A stretch of 64,000 bases of DNA. Source: Planctomycetota bacterium. Its GTDB lineage: Bacteria > Planctomycetota > Planctomycetia > Pirellulales > Pirellulaceae. This document shows, piece after piece, positions 46,201 to 55,646 of this stretch; the first letter of the stretch is position 1; the number at the start of each line of letters is the position of its first letter. Below the pieces are notes generated by a model. That model was given only the letters and a program-made list of their open reading frames with translations, was not told the origin of the DNA and did no database searches. Where the stretch lies: contig JABAAE010000012.1 in assembly GCA_014238905.1 (NCBI GenBank), forward strand, positions 104,156 to 168,155, written 5' to 3'. The translations under genes were made by a program, and so were the position numbers.

Positions 46201-46405
46201 TAAAGTGGACGTTGTCGTTGGGGCCAGTAAGAGGTTTACCCTCTTGAGGCGAGCTGCCATGAGTCAGACTTGCCGCAAGGCAGACCCAGAGAAAAACAGG
46301 GAACTGGAAAAGAGACTCAGGGTAATTGAAACGCAAATTCCCTGTTCGTCTCATGGTGACCTTGGCGGATGAACCACTAATTAACAAAAGGCAGCATCTT
46401 GTCAT
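43238..46405 (-). CDS. PSCyt/DUF1549/DUF1553 protein (Planctomycete cytochrome-c-domain family)
   Basis: Haem-binding CFQCHGP within [30 protein letters not shown] is a PSCyt domain. Long DUF1549 and DUF1553 body, 1055 aa. Confidence 0.85.
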   Translation of the reverse strand: [1055 protein letters not shown]

Positions 46406-46585
46406 TGTTTTGTGTCAGGTTTATTGGACGAAAAATGGGTGGACTTCTTTTTGAATTCCGAAAAAACACGGGGATCCGCCATGGATGAACCCTTAAGATT
46501 CTGGCCGACCGAAAGTGCTTTCAATTTGCATTCGCTATGTTATCATCTCTGGTCAGCCGTCAAAAATCAACTTTTGGAATGTTAG

Positions 46586-47386
46586 ATGAATACACGTCCT
46601 ACTGGCAAAGTGTCCTACGACAATCAAGGTCGAGTGGTGGTCGTGACGGGTGGTTCCAGTGGAATTGGACACTCCATCTGCCAACAGTTTTCCAATTCGG
46701 GGGCCACGGTCTATTGTTTTGATGTGCAGCGACCGGTCCTCGATCCAGAGGGAGATCGAGATAATTCGATCCGCTTCATTTCTACTGACGTTGGCGAAGA
46801 GGATCAATGCCGGGATTCTGTTGAAAAAGTGTTCCGCGAAGAAGGGGGAATCGATGTTCTGGTCAACAATGCTGTGATACAGCCAGTCGATTCCTACGTA
46901 CCGGTCGACCAGCTTGACGGTGATCTTTGGACGAAAATGCTAAAGGTGAATGTTTCGGGCTACACGTTTATGGCGAAACATGTGATCCCCAAGATGAAAT
47001 TTCAGGGAAGTGGTGTGGTTGTGAATATGGCCAGTGCGCAAGCTCATCGCTCGGCTCGCGAGGTTCCAGCCTACGGTCCCGCGAAAGCAGCGAATCTTTT
47101 GCAGGCAAAGCAGTGGGCGATCGAATATGCCAGATATGGTATTCGAGTGGTATCGATTTCGCCGGGAGCAATTGATACTCCGCTGGTTCGGGCCAGTTTG
47201 AACTTGCAAGGTGGTGAAGCTGAGTTAGCAAATCGGCATCCGTTGGGGCGACTAGGGACCCCTCTGGAGATTGCTTCGGCGGTACTGTGGATCTCAAGCG
47301 TTTCAGCATCTTTTGTGACCGCTGAAGATTTAGCGGTGGACGGTGGTTTAGGTGGCTACGCTGCCTTTGCAGAGCCCTATGAATAA
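46586..47386 (+). CDS. SDR family oxidoreductase
   Basis: TGGSSGIGHSICQQF (TGxxxGIG), NNA, and YGPAKAA (YxxxK catalytic motif). Confidence 0.85.
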   Translation: MNTRPTGKVSYDNQGRVVVVTGGSSGIGHSICQQFSNSGATVYCFDVQRPVLDPEGDRDNSIRFISTDVGEEDQCRDSVEKVFREEGGIDVLVNNAVIQPVDSYVPVDQLDGDLWTKMLKVNVSGYTFMAKHVIPKMKFQGSGVVVNMASAQAHRSAREVPAYGPAKAANLLQAKQWAIEYARYGIRVVSISPGAIDTPLVRASLNLQGGEAELANRHPLGRLGTPLEIASAVLWISSVSASFVTAEDLAVDGGLGGYAAFAEPYE

Positions 47387-47465
47387 ATCGCTATGAATAA
47401 ATCGCTATGAATAAATCGCTATGAATCAAACGCTATGAATCAAACGCTATGAATCAAACGCTATG
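47377..47465. repeat. 14-bp tandem repeat x6 (ctatgaataaatcg x3 then ctatgaatcaaacg x3, plus a partial copy) beginning on the SDR stop codon
   Basis: Contiguous copies. The SDR TAA (47384..47386) is inside copy 1. Sub-type A copies each carry TAA; sub-type B copies differ by ataaat to atcaaa. Confidence 0.85.
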
Positions 47466-48036
47466 CCTGATTTTGTCTAAATTGAAATGAGGCCGATAAA
47501 ATCATCAGCCCCAATTCTTTTCCGGGTCCGATGGAGGGAATTCTTTTTTTCACCGATATCACCAATAACGAGTTTTAATGGAATTATTTCGAAAAACCTT
47601 GTCGATCCACGGATGATGGCATCAGTTAAGATCCTTAAATGAATGCAGGGAAATTTCGTTTGTTGCGAATTTAACTGCTTGAAAAAAATCGTCTCTGGAT
47701 GACAATATATGAAATTGATCGACATCGTTGATACACGCCTCTCCCGTGCTGATGTCGTCCCCCCTACGCTGATGTCGTCCCCGCCTCGTTCATGTCGTCC
47801 CTTTTTAGTTAAATGACCTGAACCGATGTCCCGATTCAGGCGTGTTGCGCCTCTCCGATATATCTAAACATGCGAAAAGACTCATAGCGAAACAAGTGAA
47901 TAATCGCTGATTAAATTCGACAAAATGGATTAGGGAATTGATTTGTATGCGGTTAGTCACTTTGGTTGGTATTAAAGATGGAGTCGATGATCCCACTCCT
48001 GATCGCACTCTCTAAGACGAATAAGTGAAATAAGTT

Positions 48037-48285
48037 ATGGAATTGGAAGTGATGGCCTCAGAAAGCGAAACGGATTCTAGTACTGACGAGCCGTCGCGAC
48101 GACGTAAACGGGGATATCGTAAGCTCTATTGCGGCAGTTGCTGGCGGGACAGCATGCATGTTCCGTTGGTAAGAAACAAAACCATGGTCGTTTTGTTGTC
48201 GGTGATCACATTCGGCCTGTTTCTTTATTTTCGGACGTTCAAATGCCGTGTCTGCGGCCACGAACGGAGTTCAGGTGGAGATTGA
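48037..48285 (+). CDS. Small zinc-ribbon membrane protein (speculative)
   Basis: 82-aa ORF: an acidic N-terminus, CGSC ... a TM helix (MVVLLSVITFGLFLYF) ... CRVCGH, giving two CxxC pairs flanking one TM helix. Confidence 0.35.
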   Translation: MELEVMASESETDSSTDEPSRRRKRGYRKLYCGSCWRDSMHVPLVRNKTMVVLLSVITFGLFLYFRTFKCRVCGHERSSGGD

Positions 48286-48304
48286 AGCTTACCTGCGAGT
48301 TTTT

Positions 48305-50227
48305 TTAAAGAGAATCTTCTGGATTCCACCAGTCTGATTCCCAGATTGATTGGTAGGCGCCGATTGCCTCAAAGTACTCGACCAGTCTTACAAAGAAATC
48401 ACTCGACGATAGCGTCGCCGAATCACCGATGACGATTAGTTTTCGTTTGGCTCGTGTCAATGCTACATTCATTCTCCGCTCATCACTCAAAAAACCGATT
48501 TCGCCATTCGGGTTGCTTCTAGTCAATGAGATGACTACCGCTTCGTTTTCTCTTCCCTGGAAGCCATCGACTGTGTCAATTTCGATGGCTTGATTCGGAT
48601 TGATTGATCTCAGTAATCGCCCCTGAGCAGCATAGGGTGCGATAACGGATATCTTCTCTGGCTGAAGTCCAGATGCCATGAGGTGGTTGCAGAATCTAAC
48701 AACAAGATTGGCTTCATTTGGATTCCGCTTGCTTTCACCGTCGGGCTCCAGTTCCTCTTGCCAGCCCGTTCCCGCGGTATCGATAAACGTGACGGGATGA
48801 TCCGTCAGGGAATTTCCTTCAACACCCGGCAGGTCCGCCAATACATGAGTTTGAACGGAGGCGTGTCCGACGAGTCGACCCTTGTAAAATCTGCGGGACG
48901 AAAAATCCATGATTTGATCATGCATACGGTATTGGGTTTCCAGGAGCTCTGTACATGGTTCGCCAAGGAGTTGATGTAGACGTTCTAGCAGGCTTAAACC
49001 AAAACCCTCTTGGGCCGCTGTCTCGGAGATAATGGTTGGCGGTAGTTGGCAGTGATCACCCGCCAGCACCACTCTTTGAGAATGGGCAATCGGTTGCCAA
49101 CATCCGGGTTCGACGCACTGGCAGGCTTCATCGATAATGCAGAGGTCAAAGAAATGTTCGGCAAGGACTCTCGTGTCGAACGCGGTGGTTGCACAGATGC
49201 AGTCAGCCCGTTCAATGATATGGTCAATCGCTTGCAATTCCAGCAACCGAATGGATGATTTTAAATGCTTGGCTTCTTGGCGAAGGCTACGCCTCATTCC
49301 CGGCGCTGGACGAGCGCGGGTATGACGGTCTGCCTGATGGTGAAGCGAGTCGATTTCCCGTTGCATTTCACGAATGATGGAACTGTTTTCATGTTGGGAA
49401 ACAAGTTGGTCCAATGAGGTATCTCTTAGTTTTTCGTCGACACGTGCCGAATGGCCCAGGCGTACAATATTTTGTTTTTTGTTGGTCAGTTTTTCAACGA
49501 GATTATCAACCGCTGTATTGCTGGGAGCGCAGGCCAGGACTTTTTCCCCCCTGCGAACACATTGAATAATTAGTTCGACGACGGTGGTTGTTTTTCCCGT
49601 ACCGGGCGGTCCATGAATGATGGCGACATCTTTCGCCCCCAGGGCTCGATTTACGGCAGCTTGTTGCGATGGATTAAGATCGGTTTCGAATGATAATTTC
49701 TCGGTCGGTGGCTGGAATCTTGTCGGTCGGTGGCCAAAAAACATGTCCCGTAGGCGGCCGAGTCGCCCCGTGGCCAATTTGACCTGGGCGATGGCTTGGA
49801 GATGGCGTCGATGGGTGATGTCATTTCCGGCAAGGTCGATGCGAAATCGACTTCCAGCTGGAATTTCTGCAAGGGCTACCTGAATGGAGCGAGTGCCTCT
49901 TTTTGAAACGACGCCCTGTTTTGATTCGGTAATTTGCATTGACTTTCTGTCGGACACCGATGACATCACGATGGGTGAGCCGACCTTGAGGCGAGTCCAC
50001 GGCAGGCCTAATTCCTGGTTTGATTTTGCAAGCGTTACCAAGAGCCGATCCCCCATCCCCTTGTCCTGGTCGATGACGACAAGATCAAGGATCGCTTCGC
50101 CGCTTTTTTCGATTAGCGTCGGATTTCTTCTTTTTTGTCGTTCAAACAAGCGTTTTTTTTCGGCTTCCATCTCCATTTTGATCCAGCGGGTAAAGCGGTC
50201 AAAGTGCTCGTCGGACTGGGAAGGCAA
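48305..50227 (-). CDS. Superfamily-1B (Upf1/IGHMBP2/DNA2-like) helicase
   Basis: Walker A IHGPPGTGKTTTVVE. Motif II IIDEACQ. Motif III VLAGDHCQLPP. C-terminal VDGFQGRENEAVVISLTRSN...MNVALTRAKRKL. N-terminal ~200-aa beta-barrel-like region. Confidence 0.8.
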   Translation of the reverse strand: MPSQSDEHFDRFTRWIKMEMEAEKKRLFERQKRRNPTLIEKSGEAILDLVVIDQDKGMGDRLLVTLAKSNQELGLPWTRLKVGSPIVMSSVSDRKSMQITESKQGVVSKRGTRSIQVALAEIPAGSRFRIDLAGNDITHRRHLQAIAQVKLATGRLGRLRDMFFGHRPTRFQPPTEKLSFETDLNPSQQAAVNRALGAKDVAIIHGPPGTGKTTTVVELIIQCVRRGEKVLACAPSNTAVDNLVEKLTNKKQNIVRLGHSARVDEKLRDTSLDQLVSQHENSSIIREMQREIDSLHHQADRHTRARPAPGMRRSLRQEAKHLKSSIRLLELQAIDHIIERADCICATTAFDTRVLAEHFFDLCIIDEACQCVEPGCWQPIAHSQRVVLAGDHCQLPPTIISETAAQEGFGLSLLERLHQLLGEPCTELLETQYRMHDQIMDFSSRRFYKGRLVGHASVQTHVLADLPGVEGNSLTDHPVTFIDTAGTGWQEELEPDGESKRNPNEANLVVRFCNHLMASGLQPEKISVIAPYAAQGRLLRSINPNQAIEIDTVDGFQGRENEAVVISLTRSNPNGEIGFLSDERRMNVALTRAKRKLIVIGDSATLSSSDFFVRLVEYFEAIGAYQSIWESDWWNPEDSL

Positions 50228-50632
50228 AGAATTATTCTCGCTATTGAATTTGAGGTGCGTTATCGCTAAGTGATAGAGAGGATCACGCCATTAGTGACAA
50301 GTTGATCGAAAACCTGGACGGTATTATATTACTCCAGCCACTCCCCAAGACTTGCAGGGGCCGTCCCACGTAGTGAAGATAGAGACTGTACAAGAGAGTC
50401 TTTTGCGAAAAATCTGACAAGGGTGTTGTGGAGTTGGAAGCGGAATTAAAGGGAATGCGTCATCCGAACAAAGAGACCAAAAAGAGGTCGCTTGAATGAC
50501 CGCCATCCTCTCGCAGATCGCACTTAGCATCAATAACGGCTGCATTTTGTGTACGCTCGATGAACCGACTCGCTGGCCGCTGCAGTCAGGCACAACCGGC
50601 GGTCACCGACAACCAATCGAAGGGGACCAGCG

Positions 50633-53600
50633 ATGACCGACCCGTTTCAACCTGATCACTTCGAAGATCCGCAACCGGAGCGAGATAATCAGGCGGAACA
50701 AGGCAGCGGTGGGCGCAGCGAAGAAGGCGTCGATACGGCTGCTGAACTGCCGGTGGTTGCCCCTGATAGCGTAGCGGACTCGGATCTCTTTGCGACGATG
50801 CCTGCGACTGTCCAAGAGAGGCAGGAGGTGGTCCTGAAAAAGGACTTTGTCCCCGGCTACGATTTACTGGGGGAACTCGGCCGTGGTGGGATGGGGGTGG
50901 TCTACCAGGCGCGGGATCAAAAACTCAAGCGGATTGTCGCTTTGAAAATGATCCTCGGTGGTGTCCATGCCTCCAAGGAGGACATGCAGCGATTCCAAAC
51001 CGAGGCAGAGGCGGTTGCCAAATTGCAGCACCCCAACATCGTGCAGATCTTTGAAGTGGGGGAGTATCAAGGGAATCCCTACATCTCATTGGAGTACCAG
51101 CAAGGTGGGGGGCTGGATCAGAAAATCGCCGGCACACCGCAGAATATCGAGGAATCGGCCGAGTTGATTGAGACCGTTTCTCTGGCGATGCACGTCGCTC
51201 ACCAGCAGGAGATTATCCACCGCGATTTAAAACCGGCCAATATTTTGCTTTCCAGTGAAGGTGAGCCCAAGATCACCGACTTTGGTCTGGCCAAGCGGAT
51301 GGACGATGACAGCAACCAGACCAAAACCGGGGCGGTGATGGGGACGCCCAGCTACATGCCTCCCGAGCAGGCTTCCAGCAGCATCGAGACCTTGGGACCG
51401 GCAGCTGATACGTATGCTTTGGGAGCGATCCTTTATCACCTGCTGACCGGACGGCCACCATTCAAAGCGGAGACGCATTTGGACACCCTGATGCAGGTCA
51501 TCAATGACGATCCTGTTCCCCCCAGACGTCTCAACAGCAATGTACCGGTGGACCTGGAGACGATTTGCCTGAAGTGTTTGCAAAAGGATATCAAGCGGCG
51601 TTATGCCACCGCGGCGGCCTTGGCCGAAGACTTGCGGCGTTTTCGGGGGGGGGAGCCGATCGCCGGTCGACCGGTCTCGGCGCTGGAACGGGGCTGGAAG
51701 TGGGCACGCCGTCGTCCGGCAATCGCCGGAATGATCAGCGTGAGTATCGTGGCGGCAGTGGCGCTGGTAGTTGGCGGGCTCTGGTACAACGCACGGTTGG
51801 TCGAGGAAAGGAACGTGGCCCAATGGCAGAGACGACTGGCCGAATCTCGCGAGTCCGAGGCCAGGCTGGCCCAGTCCAACGAGGCCGCGCAGCGCAAACT
51901 GGCCGAAACCCGCGAAGCGGAGGCCAGGCTGGCCCAGGCGAACGAAGCCCAACAGCGAAAATTGGCGGAAGAGCAGAAAGAGGCAGCGGACCGGAATTTC
52001 AAGCTGGCTCGGGACGCGGTGGATGAACTGACCACGATCAGCCAGGGCGAGCTCTTCAACCTCCCACGAATGGAACCCGTTCGAAGGGAACTTCTGCAAA
52101 AAGCAAGGGCTTTTTATGAGACTTTTGTCACACAAGAAACGGATGACCCAAAACTATTAGTAGAGCTTGGAGATGCACACCTGCGACTTGGGAATATCCA
52201 TAGGAAGCTGGGCGATATACCAGCCGCAAAATCAGAACACGAAAAAGCGATCACGGTTTATAGCCAACTGGTGAAAAATCACAACGATGTGCCGCTTTAT
52301 GCATTAGATCTGGCAAATTCCTATAACAATTTGGCCCTGGTAAATAGAACGGGTGGGCATGCGGAAAAGGCGATTGAGCTCTATAGCAAGTCCATCCTGA
52401 TTAAAAAACAGCTGGTGAAAGATCACCCTGAGGTGGCCAAGTATGCAGACGACTTGGCACGTTCCTATAACAATCAGGCCTTGGCACAGACAGACCTTGG
52501 ACAAACGGACAAGGCGATAGAGCTCACCAACAAGGCCATCCCGATTAGAGAACAACTGGTGAGACAACATCCGGATGTGCCGAAGTACGCATTAGGGTTG
52601 GCAAATTCCTACAACAATCAGGCCCTGGCACAGATGGCCTGTGGGCAAGCGGAAAAGGCGATTGCGTTCTTCGACAAGGCCATCCTGATTCAAACGAATT
52701 TCCCGGACGTGCCGGGTACTGGGTTAGATCTGGCAAATTCCTATAACAATCTGGCCTTGGCACAGTCAGTCCTTGGGCAAACAGGAAAGGCGATTGAGCT
52801 CTATAGCAAGTCCGTCCTCATTAAAGAACAGTTGGTGAAGGATCACCCGGACGTGCCGAAGTATGTATTAAATCTGGTCAATTCCTATAACAACCTGGCC
52901 TTGGCACAGATGGCCAGCGGGCAAACCGATCAGGCGATGGAACTCACCAACAAGACCATCCTGATCAAAGAGGAGTTGGTGAAAGACTACCCGGATGTGC
53001 CGAAGTATGCATCGGTCCTGGCAGATAGTTACTATAACTTGGCCGCCGCTCAAATGGCCCATGAGCAACAGGATCAGGCAGTTGAGCTTATCAACAAGGC
53101 CATCCTGATACAAAAGCAACTGGTCAAAGATCACCCGGACGTGCCCGGTTATGCATCAAAGCTGATAGCTTCCTGCCACAACTTGGCCGTTGCGTTGAGC
53201 GATCTTGGACAAACGAATGAGGCGATTGAACTCTATAGAAATGGCATCGATCTTGCCGAACAGTTGGTGAAAGATCACCCGAATGTACCAAGTTATGCAT
53301 TAGGCTTGGCCGCTTCCTACAACAACTTGGCTCTTGAGGAGAGAACGCGCGGGCAAATGGAACAAGCGGTTCAGTTCATCAACAGATCCATCCTGATTCA
53401 AGAACAGCTGGTGAAAGATCACCCGGATTTGCCAAGGTGCGCAGCCGAACTGGCACGTTCGTACAAGAACATGGCGGTGACAAAGAGGGTCCTGAGGCAG
53501 ACCGATGAGGTGATTGAGTTTGCTAACAAGGCCATCGTGATTAGAGAGCAATTGATCAAAGATCATCCGAGTGTGCGGGAGTATGCGGCTGACTTGGCAG

Positions 53601-54139
53601 GCTCCTACCACAGTTTGGCGGTTACACATAAGGCCCTTGGTCAAACGGAAGAAGCGATTGAGCTCTACAACAAGTCCATCCTGATTAAAGAACAACTGGT
53701 GAAAGATCATCCGAATACGCCGAAGTACACAGCCGATTTAGCGCGGACTTACTACAGTCTGGTTGGTGCTCAGATGGCCGGCGGGAAAACGGATCATGTC
53801 GGGGCGGCAGAAATGGGAGAAAAATTGGTCCAGCTGAAATTCCCAGACGACCAATCCGTTCAACGGTCACGTCACCTCTATAACGCCGCCTGCCTGTTGT
53901 CCCTGGCCTTGGGCGCTGCGGCCAGGGACGAGGACCTGACAGAAGCCGATCGGATGACGCTTGTGGAAAAATACGCAGTGCGATCGATGGAGTTACTGAC
54001 CGAGGCACGTAATGCCGGATGGTTCCAGAGGGCCAGAAACATCGCTCACGCGAAGGCGACCGACACCGATCTCGACCCGCTCCGTAACCGCGCCGACTTC
54101 AAACAATTTCTCAAAGATTTGGAGTCGGACAAAAAGTAG
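50633..54139 (+). CDS. Ser/Thr protein kinase with TM segment and a C-terminal array of ~15 TPR units
   Basis: Kinase subdomains LGRGGMGVVYQA, VALKMI, HRDLKPANILL, DFGLAK, GTPSYMPPE. TM AIAGMISVSIVAAVALVVGGLWY. Coiled RLAESRESEARLAQSNEAAQRKLAE. Recurrent TPR units (...LANSYNNLALAQ...KAIELY.KS.LI.EQLVKDHPDVP.Y). The many antisense ORFs inside this gene are artefacts. Confidence 0.85.
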   Translation: MTDPFQPDHFEDPQPERDNQAEQGSGGRSEEGVDTAAELPVVAPDSVADSDLFATMPATVQERQEVVLKKDFVPGYDLLGELGRGGMGVVYQARDQKLKRIVALKMILGGVHASKEDMQRFQTEAEAVAKLQHPNIVQIFEVGEYQGNPYISLEYQQGGGLDQKIAGTPQNIEESAELIETVSLAMHVAHQQEIIHRDLKPANILLSSEGEPKITDFGLAKRMDDDSNQTKTGAVMGTPSYMPPEQASSSIETLGPAADTYALGAILYHLLTGRPPFKAETHLDTLMQVINDDPVPPRRLNSNVPVDLETICLKCLQKDIKRRYATAAALAEDLRRFRGGEPIAGRPVSALERGWKWARRRPAIAGMISVSIVAAVALVVGGLWYNARLVEERNVAQWQRRLAESRESEARLAQSNEAAQRKLAETREAEARLAQANEAQQRKLAEEQKEAADRNFKLARDAVDELTTISQGELFNLPRMEPVRRELLQKARAFYETFVTQETDDPKLLVELGDAHLRLGNIHRKLGDIPAAKSEHEKAITVYSQLVKNHNDVPLYALDLANSYNNLALVNRTGGHAEKAIELYSKSILIKKQLVKDHPEVAKYADDLARSYNNQALAQTDLGQTDKAIELTNKAIPIREQLVRQHPDVPKYALGLANSYNNQALAQMACGQAEKAIAFFDKAILIQTNFPDVPGTGLDLANSYNNLALAQSVLGQTGKAIELYSKSVLIKEQLVKDHPDVPKYVLNLVNSYNNLALAQMASGQTDQAMELTNKTILIKEELVKDYPDVPKYASVLADSYYNLAAAQMAHEQQDQAVELINKAILIQKQLVKDHPDVPGYASKLIASCHNLAVALSDLGQTNEAIELYRNGIDLAEQLVKDHPNVPSYALGLAASYNNLALEERTRGQMEQAVQFINRSILIQEQLVKDHPDLPRCAAELARSYKNMAVTKRVLRQTDEVIEFANKAIVIREQLIKDHPSVREYAADLAGSYHSLAVTHKALGQTEEAIELYNKSILIKEQLVKDHPNTPKYTADLARTYYSLVGAQMAGGKTDHVGAAEMGEKLVQLKFPDDQSVQRSRHLYNAACLLSLALGAAARDEDLTEADRMTLVEKYAVRSMELLTEARNAGWFQRARNIAHAKATDTDLDPLRNRADFKQFLKDLESDKK

Positions 54140-54389
54140 TCCGCCAGACGGGCGGGGCCCTGTTTTCTGCCTAAAGCCATTCGGTGGGGAGGCGTCTTCT
54201 CATCCTGTTGAACTGGAGGTCAAGGGAGTCGATTGTGCTGACGTAGAGGTGAATTCGAAACTCTACTGGGTGGCCGGTTATTAATTTGTCGTCATAATCA
54301 TGCTGTCGTTGCTATTCAGGAGCGATTCCCGCTTTGGTGCTTTCGGGTGCCTATCTGGCGGGTGGAGAGGTCCGCTTCGGAGGTCAATA

Positions 54390-54944
54390 ATGCTTGAGAA
54401 TTTACCACTTGTTGGTCAAAAAATACTGATGTTTACCGGAGAGGTCTACGAGGACCTGGAATTGTGGTACCCCAAATATCGATTGATAGAGGCAGGAGCG
54501 GAGGTCGTGGTCGCCGGTGAAGAGGTGAAAAAACTCTACTCCGGGAAAAACGGTTATCCCTGCGTTTCGGACGATGCGGTTGAAAATCTGACGGTCGATG
54601 GCTTTGATGGACTGGTGGTGCCAGGGGGATTCATGCCGGATCGACTCCGCCGTAATCGTCACGTCCTGGAACTGGTACGTGGGTTCGCCGAAAGTAAAAA
54701 ATGCGTCGCAGCGGTTTGCCATGGAGGGTGGATTCCCATATCCGCAGGGGTTTATCATGGCGTTCGGGTAACCGGATCCCCTGGAATCAAGGACGATTTA
54801 GTAAATGCCGGTGCGATTTGGCAGGATGCTGAAGTGGTGGTTGATCGACATTTCGTCAGTAGTCGCAAACCTGATGATCTGCCCGCGTTTTGTCGGGAAA
54901 TCATCCGACTGATGTCTCGCGATGTGGCAAAGGAGAAGCGGTGA
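54390..54944 (+). CDS. DJ-1/PfpI family protein
   Basis: ORF 54300..54944; the likely start is the ATG at 54390 (ggaggtcaataATG). Nucleophile-elbow Cys in KCVAAVCHGGWI. Also GFDGLVVPGG. Confidence 0.8.
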   Translation: MLENLPLVGQKILMFTGEVYEDLELWYPKYRLIEAGAEVVVAGEEVKKLYSGKNGYPCVSDDAVENLTVDGFDGLVVPGGFMPDRLRRNRHVLELVRGFAESKKCVAAVCHGGWIPISAGVYHGVRVTGSPGIKDDLVNAGAIWQDAEVVVDRHFVSSRKPDDLPAFCREIIRLMSRDVAKEKR

Positions 54945-55127
54945 CTTGACTGAATGGGTCGCTGCATGATTCTGATCGCCAGCAGCGATGCGATTCCTTT
55001 TCCCGTGATGAAAAACGTGTAAAATCGGTATTTAGGGAACCAAGACTGTGGTGCGGGTCGTTCCAGGTCCTTTTGTATCGATCCAAAGATCTCACCATTA
55101 AAACCTCCAAATAAACAAGGAAGAAGA

Positions 55128-55520
55128 ATGAGCGACGGAAAAGTCCGGGGAAAAGTTCACTTGATTGAAGCCACGAAAACCTACGGACAAAAGGGTTTTC
55201 GGAAAAGGCTCGTCGTTTTGGAGCAACAAAAAGGACGTTTTGAGAATTTTATTCCGATTGAATTTATTCAGGACGATTGTGATAGCGTCGACGAAATGAA
55301 CGTCGGTGATGAGGTTGAGGTATCTTATCGGCTGAGTGGACGCCGGTGGCAAAAAGATGGTCAAAGCGAGGCCCGCTTTTTCCTGAATCTCGAAGCGACT
55401 GATTTTCAGATTGGTTCACCTGCGACGACCTCGTCGCCTTCAGGTGGTGCCGCCATGGCCGATCCCAATGCCGCTCTAAACGAGGCTGCATCGGTTGATG
55501 ACGATGACATTCCTTTTTGA
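55128..55520 (+). CDS. DUF3127-like OB-fold protein (hypothetical)
   Basis: MSDGKVRGKVHLIEATKTYGQKGFRKRLVVLEQQKGRFENFIPIEF...VGDEVEVSYRLSGRRWQ...ARFFLNLEA matches the DUF3127 pattern as I recall it. Purine-rich RBS. Confidence 0.55.
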   Translation: MSDGKVRGKVHLIEATKTYGQKGFRKRLVVLEQQKGRFENFIPIEFIQDDCDSVDEMNVGDEVEVSYRLSGRRWQKDGQSEARFFLNLEATDFQIGSPATTSSPSGGAAMADPNAALNEAASVDDDDIPF

Positions 55521-55646
55521 TTGGTTTTGCCAGGGCGTTCGCTTTTTCGAAGAGGACGTAACGGTCTTGGTTACCATAGCCCTCTTAAAAACAGAATTAG
55601 AAGAGCGGTCCCATCGCGTGTCTAGCGTCGGGAAAGCAACGGTTTT

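Noticed and set aside
51227-53710. Minus-strand ORFs (302 aa, 152 aa, 136 aa and others) inside the Ser/Thr kinase-TPR gene
   Set aside because: They are antisense artefacts of the repetitive TPR-coding DNA. The plus-strand kinase ORF is continuous for 1168 aa with canonical motifs.
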